Below are positions 59,541 through 61,090 of a stretch of DNA of 61,090 bases, one piece after another. The position numbers were made by a program, and so were the translations under genes. The notes beneath the pieces are model-generated. The model was not told the DNA's origin. It worked only from the letters and a program-made list of their open reading frames with translations, and did no database searches. The DNA is taken from positions 1-61,090 of the forward strand of contig JAACPI010000004.1 in NCBI GenBank assembly GCA_009995545.1, given 5' to 3'. The stretch is from a bacterium (GTDB taxonomy: Bacteria; Patescibacteriota; WWE3; 2-01-FULL-39-13; JAACPI01). Position 1 is the stretch's first letter, and each line of letters begins with the position of its first letter.

Positions 59541-60278
59541 ATGATCTATTCTAAAGAAGTATATTATTTGTATACCAAAATAGCCCTCAAGGCTCATGAC
59601 CTTGGATACGGTCCTTTAAGAGATTGTTTTTTACATTTTACCCCGCTCTTTACAAGGATTGCCCATACAAATGATAAGGACCCCAATACTCAATTTGAAG
59701 AACTGTTTAAAAAAATTGATTCTGTAGGTTCTTCCAAATGTGAAGAAATAACTGAGTTAATATATAAATTTTTTATTAATATCCAGGAACTGGGTTTTCC
59801 CAAAGAGCCCTCAGGACTTGTAGGTGTTTTTTATACTATTTATTATCCAAAATTTAAAAATTTGGGAATACACTTCTACTTACCTCCTGATCTAAAATCT
59901 AGTCCTTTTTTAATACAAAGTTTAAATCAGAGGCAATATGAACTTAAAGAGCTCTTTAAAAAAGCTAGAATTGATTATCCCCAGGCTGAAAGGGTAAGAG
60001 GGTTTTCTTGGCTCCATAATATGGATTTTTATAAGCGTATCTTTCCGACTTTTTACTATAACAAGGGTACTATCTCCGCTAAAGATTACTACGGTAGTAA
60101 TGCCTACTGGGGACAATTTGTTAACAGAGACGGTAGCTGTAGAAAAGATTCAGCCAATAAGTTTTTAAACTGTCTGGATACCAAAAAAAATCTAGCCACC
60201 TTAACCGAGTGCTTTCCCCTTAAGGGGTTGGAGGTTATTTGTGATATAAAATATTTCTATGATTTTTACGGTGTTTAG
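59541..60278 (+). CDS. Hypothetical protein
   Basis: 245-aa ORF with conserved-looking IHF, VRGFSWL.N and WGQF motifs; TGGTATTAT 6 nt before ATG. Confidence 0.65.
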   Translation: MIYSKEVYYLYTKIALKAHDLGYGPLRDCFLHFTPLFTRIAHTNDKDPNTQFEELFKKIDSVGSSKCEEITELIYKFFINIQELGFPKEPSGLVGVFYTIYYPKFKNLGIHFYLPPDLKSSPFLIQSLNQRQYELKELFKKARIDYPQAERVRGFSWLHNMDFYKRIFPTFYYNKGTISAKDYYGSNAYWGQFVNRDGSCRKDSANKFLNCLDTKKNLATLTECFPLKGLEVICDIKYFYDFYGV

Positions 60279-60400
60279 TTCGTGTTAATTGTGGTTTTTC
60301 TTAGAAAGGGATTATCTTTCAAAAAATAAAATACCCTGTCAATTAACTATTACTTTTCCTAACCCACATTTTTGTCTAGAATTAATTTGTGTATAATATA

Positions 60401-60428
60401 TAGGATTATCCTAAATAGGATTATCCTA
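60401..60428. repeat. Left REP-like palindrome doublet
   Basis: TAGGATTATCCTA-AA-TAGGATTATCCTA. Confidence 0.85.
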
Positions 60429-60431
60429 ATA

Positions 60432-61055
60432 ATGCCTTATAGAAATAGGATAAAAGATTTTTATACCGACTCCTACTATCATCTATACGCCCGTGGCATA
60501 AATAAATAACCACTATTCCATAGAACGCCCGATTACACATTTTTTCTCTACTTACTTAAAAAATATTTGACCCCAAAATTTATAGAAAAAAAGATAGTCA
60601 ATGGTTTTGAAGTGGAGATCGAAGCCAATGGTGTAAGCGATCTAGTTAAACTACATGCCTACTGTCTTATGCCTAACCATTTCCACCTGTTGGTTCAAAA
60701 TGTAGAGATTGAGGGTGTGCAACTACTAATGAGGCGGGTACTGACCGCCTACGTTAGAGTATTTAATAAAAAATATGAAAGAGAAGGCCCCTTAATACAA
60801 GGTTCCTACAGATGTGTTCCTATACACTCGGAACCTCAATTAATCCACACGTCTCGTTATGTACATTTGAATCCTCTTAAAGATAGATTAGTAAAAAAAT
60901 CGATAGAGTACCCATACTCGTCTTTAAAGTTTTATTATAACGGGAAGAATTTTCCAATATGGTTGAAGCGTAACGCAGTAATTCAGAATAGTACTGATTT
61001 TGGTAAGTTGGACACACTGTTGAAGGTTTTTGAGAAAGAGGATAATCCTATTTAG
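60432..61055 (+). pseudogene. REP-associated tyrosine transposase (IS200-like HUH) with an in-frame TAA
   Basis: YYHLYARG.NK, then TAA at 60507-60509; same frame continues to YCLMPNHFHLL, RYVHLNP and YPYSS. Confidence 0.85.
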
Positions 61056-61065
61056 GATTATCCTA
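61038..61065. repeat. Right REP-like palindrome doublet
   Basis: GAGGATAATCCTA-TT-TAGGATTATCCTA; reverse complement of the left doublet with 2 mismatches. Confidence 0.85.
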
Positions 61066-61090
61066 CTTTAGACTGGGTGGGCGGGTAGTG

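Larger units (their letters stand above)
60401..61065 (+). mobile_element. RAYT/REPtron-like element
   Basis: HUH transposase gene bracketed by inverted REP-like doublets. Confidence 0.75.

Noticed and set aside
787..60116. Short ORF-track entries overlapping recognised genes (e.g. 787, 4526, 11426, 15296, 26000, 47606, 54970)
   Set aside because: Antisense or out-of-frame shadows of well-supported genes, with no motifs.
43944..60509. Stop-codon reassignment explaining the in-frame TAAs
   Set aside because: TAA, TAG and TGA all terminate conserved genes here (secA, sufB, sufS).
1..61090. CRISPR array, rRNA or intact tRNA genes
   Set aside because: No regularly spaced repeats or complete cloverleaf seen by eye; intergenic gaps are short. 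A tRNAscan run would confirm.

Overview
AT-rich bacterial chromosome segment. It uses the standard genetic code (TGA is a stop, e.g. sufS). Short or divergent housekeeping proteins, few Shine-Dalgarno sites and many orphan ORFs suggest a Patescibacteria/CPR genome, Microgenomates/WWE3-like (inference). Left to right: the probable right end of a tRNA-targeted island (XRE fragment, PLD-domain gene, tRNA 3'-end remnant); isochorismatase; an AlkD-like gene whose 3' end is duplicated; typA; two tandem greA genes, an M49-like protein, lysS and an HD protein; a very compact Ser T-box before serS; uppP, secA, ogt, prmC, ruvCAB; an M16 peptidase; an ArsR-headed suf cluster with ferredoxin and FNR; prfB; ftsEX plus a coiled-coil protein with a circularly permuted M23 domain; tsaE, mini-tsaB, pgk; a ~20 kb surface-glycan locus with several full-length apparent pseudoenzymes and interspersed orphans, including a GC-rich gene bracketed by RNA hairpins; and a RAYT transposase with an in-frame stop, flanked by inverted REP-like doublets. 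Best leads: the ultrashort-Stem-I Ser T-box with no visible expression platform, the permuted M23 hydrolase, the RNA-bracketed GC-rich cassette, and the pseudoenzyme paralogs. All calls come from motif recognition and manual folding; no searches were run.
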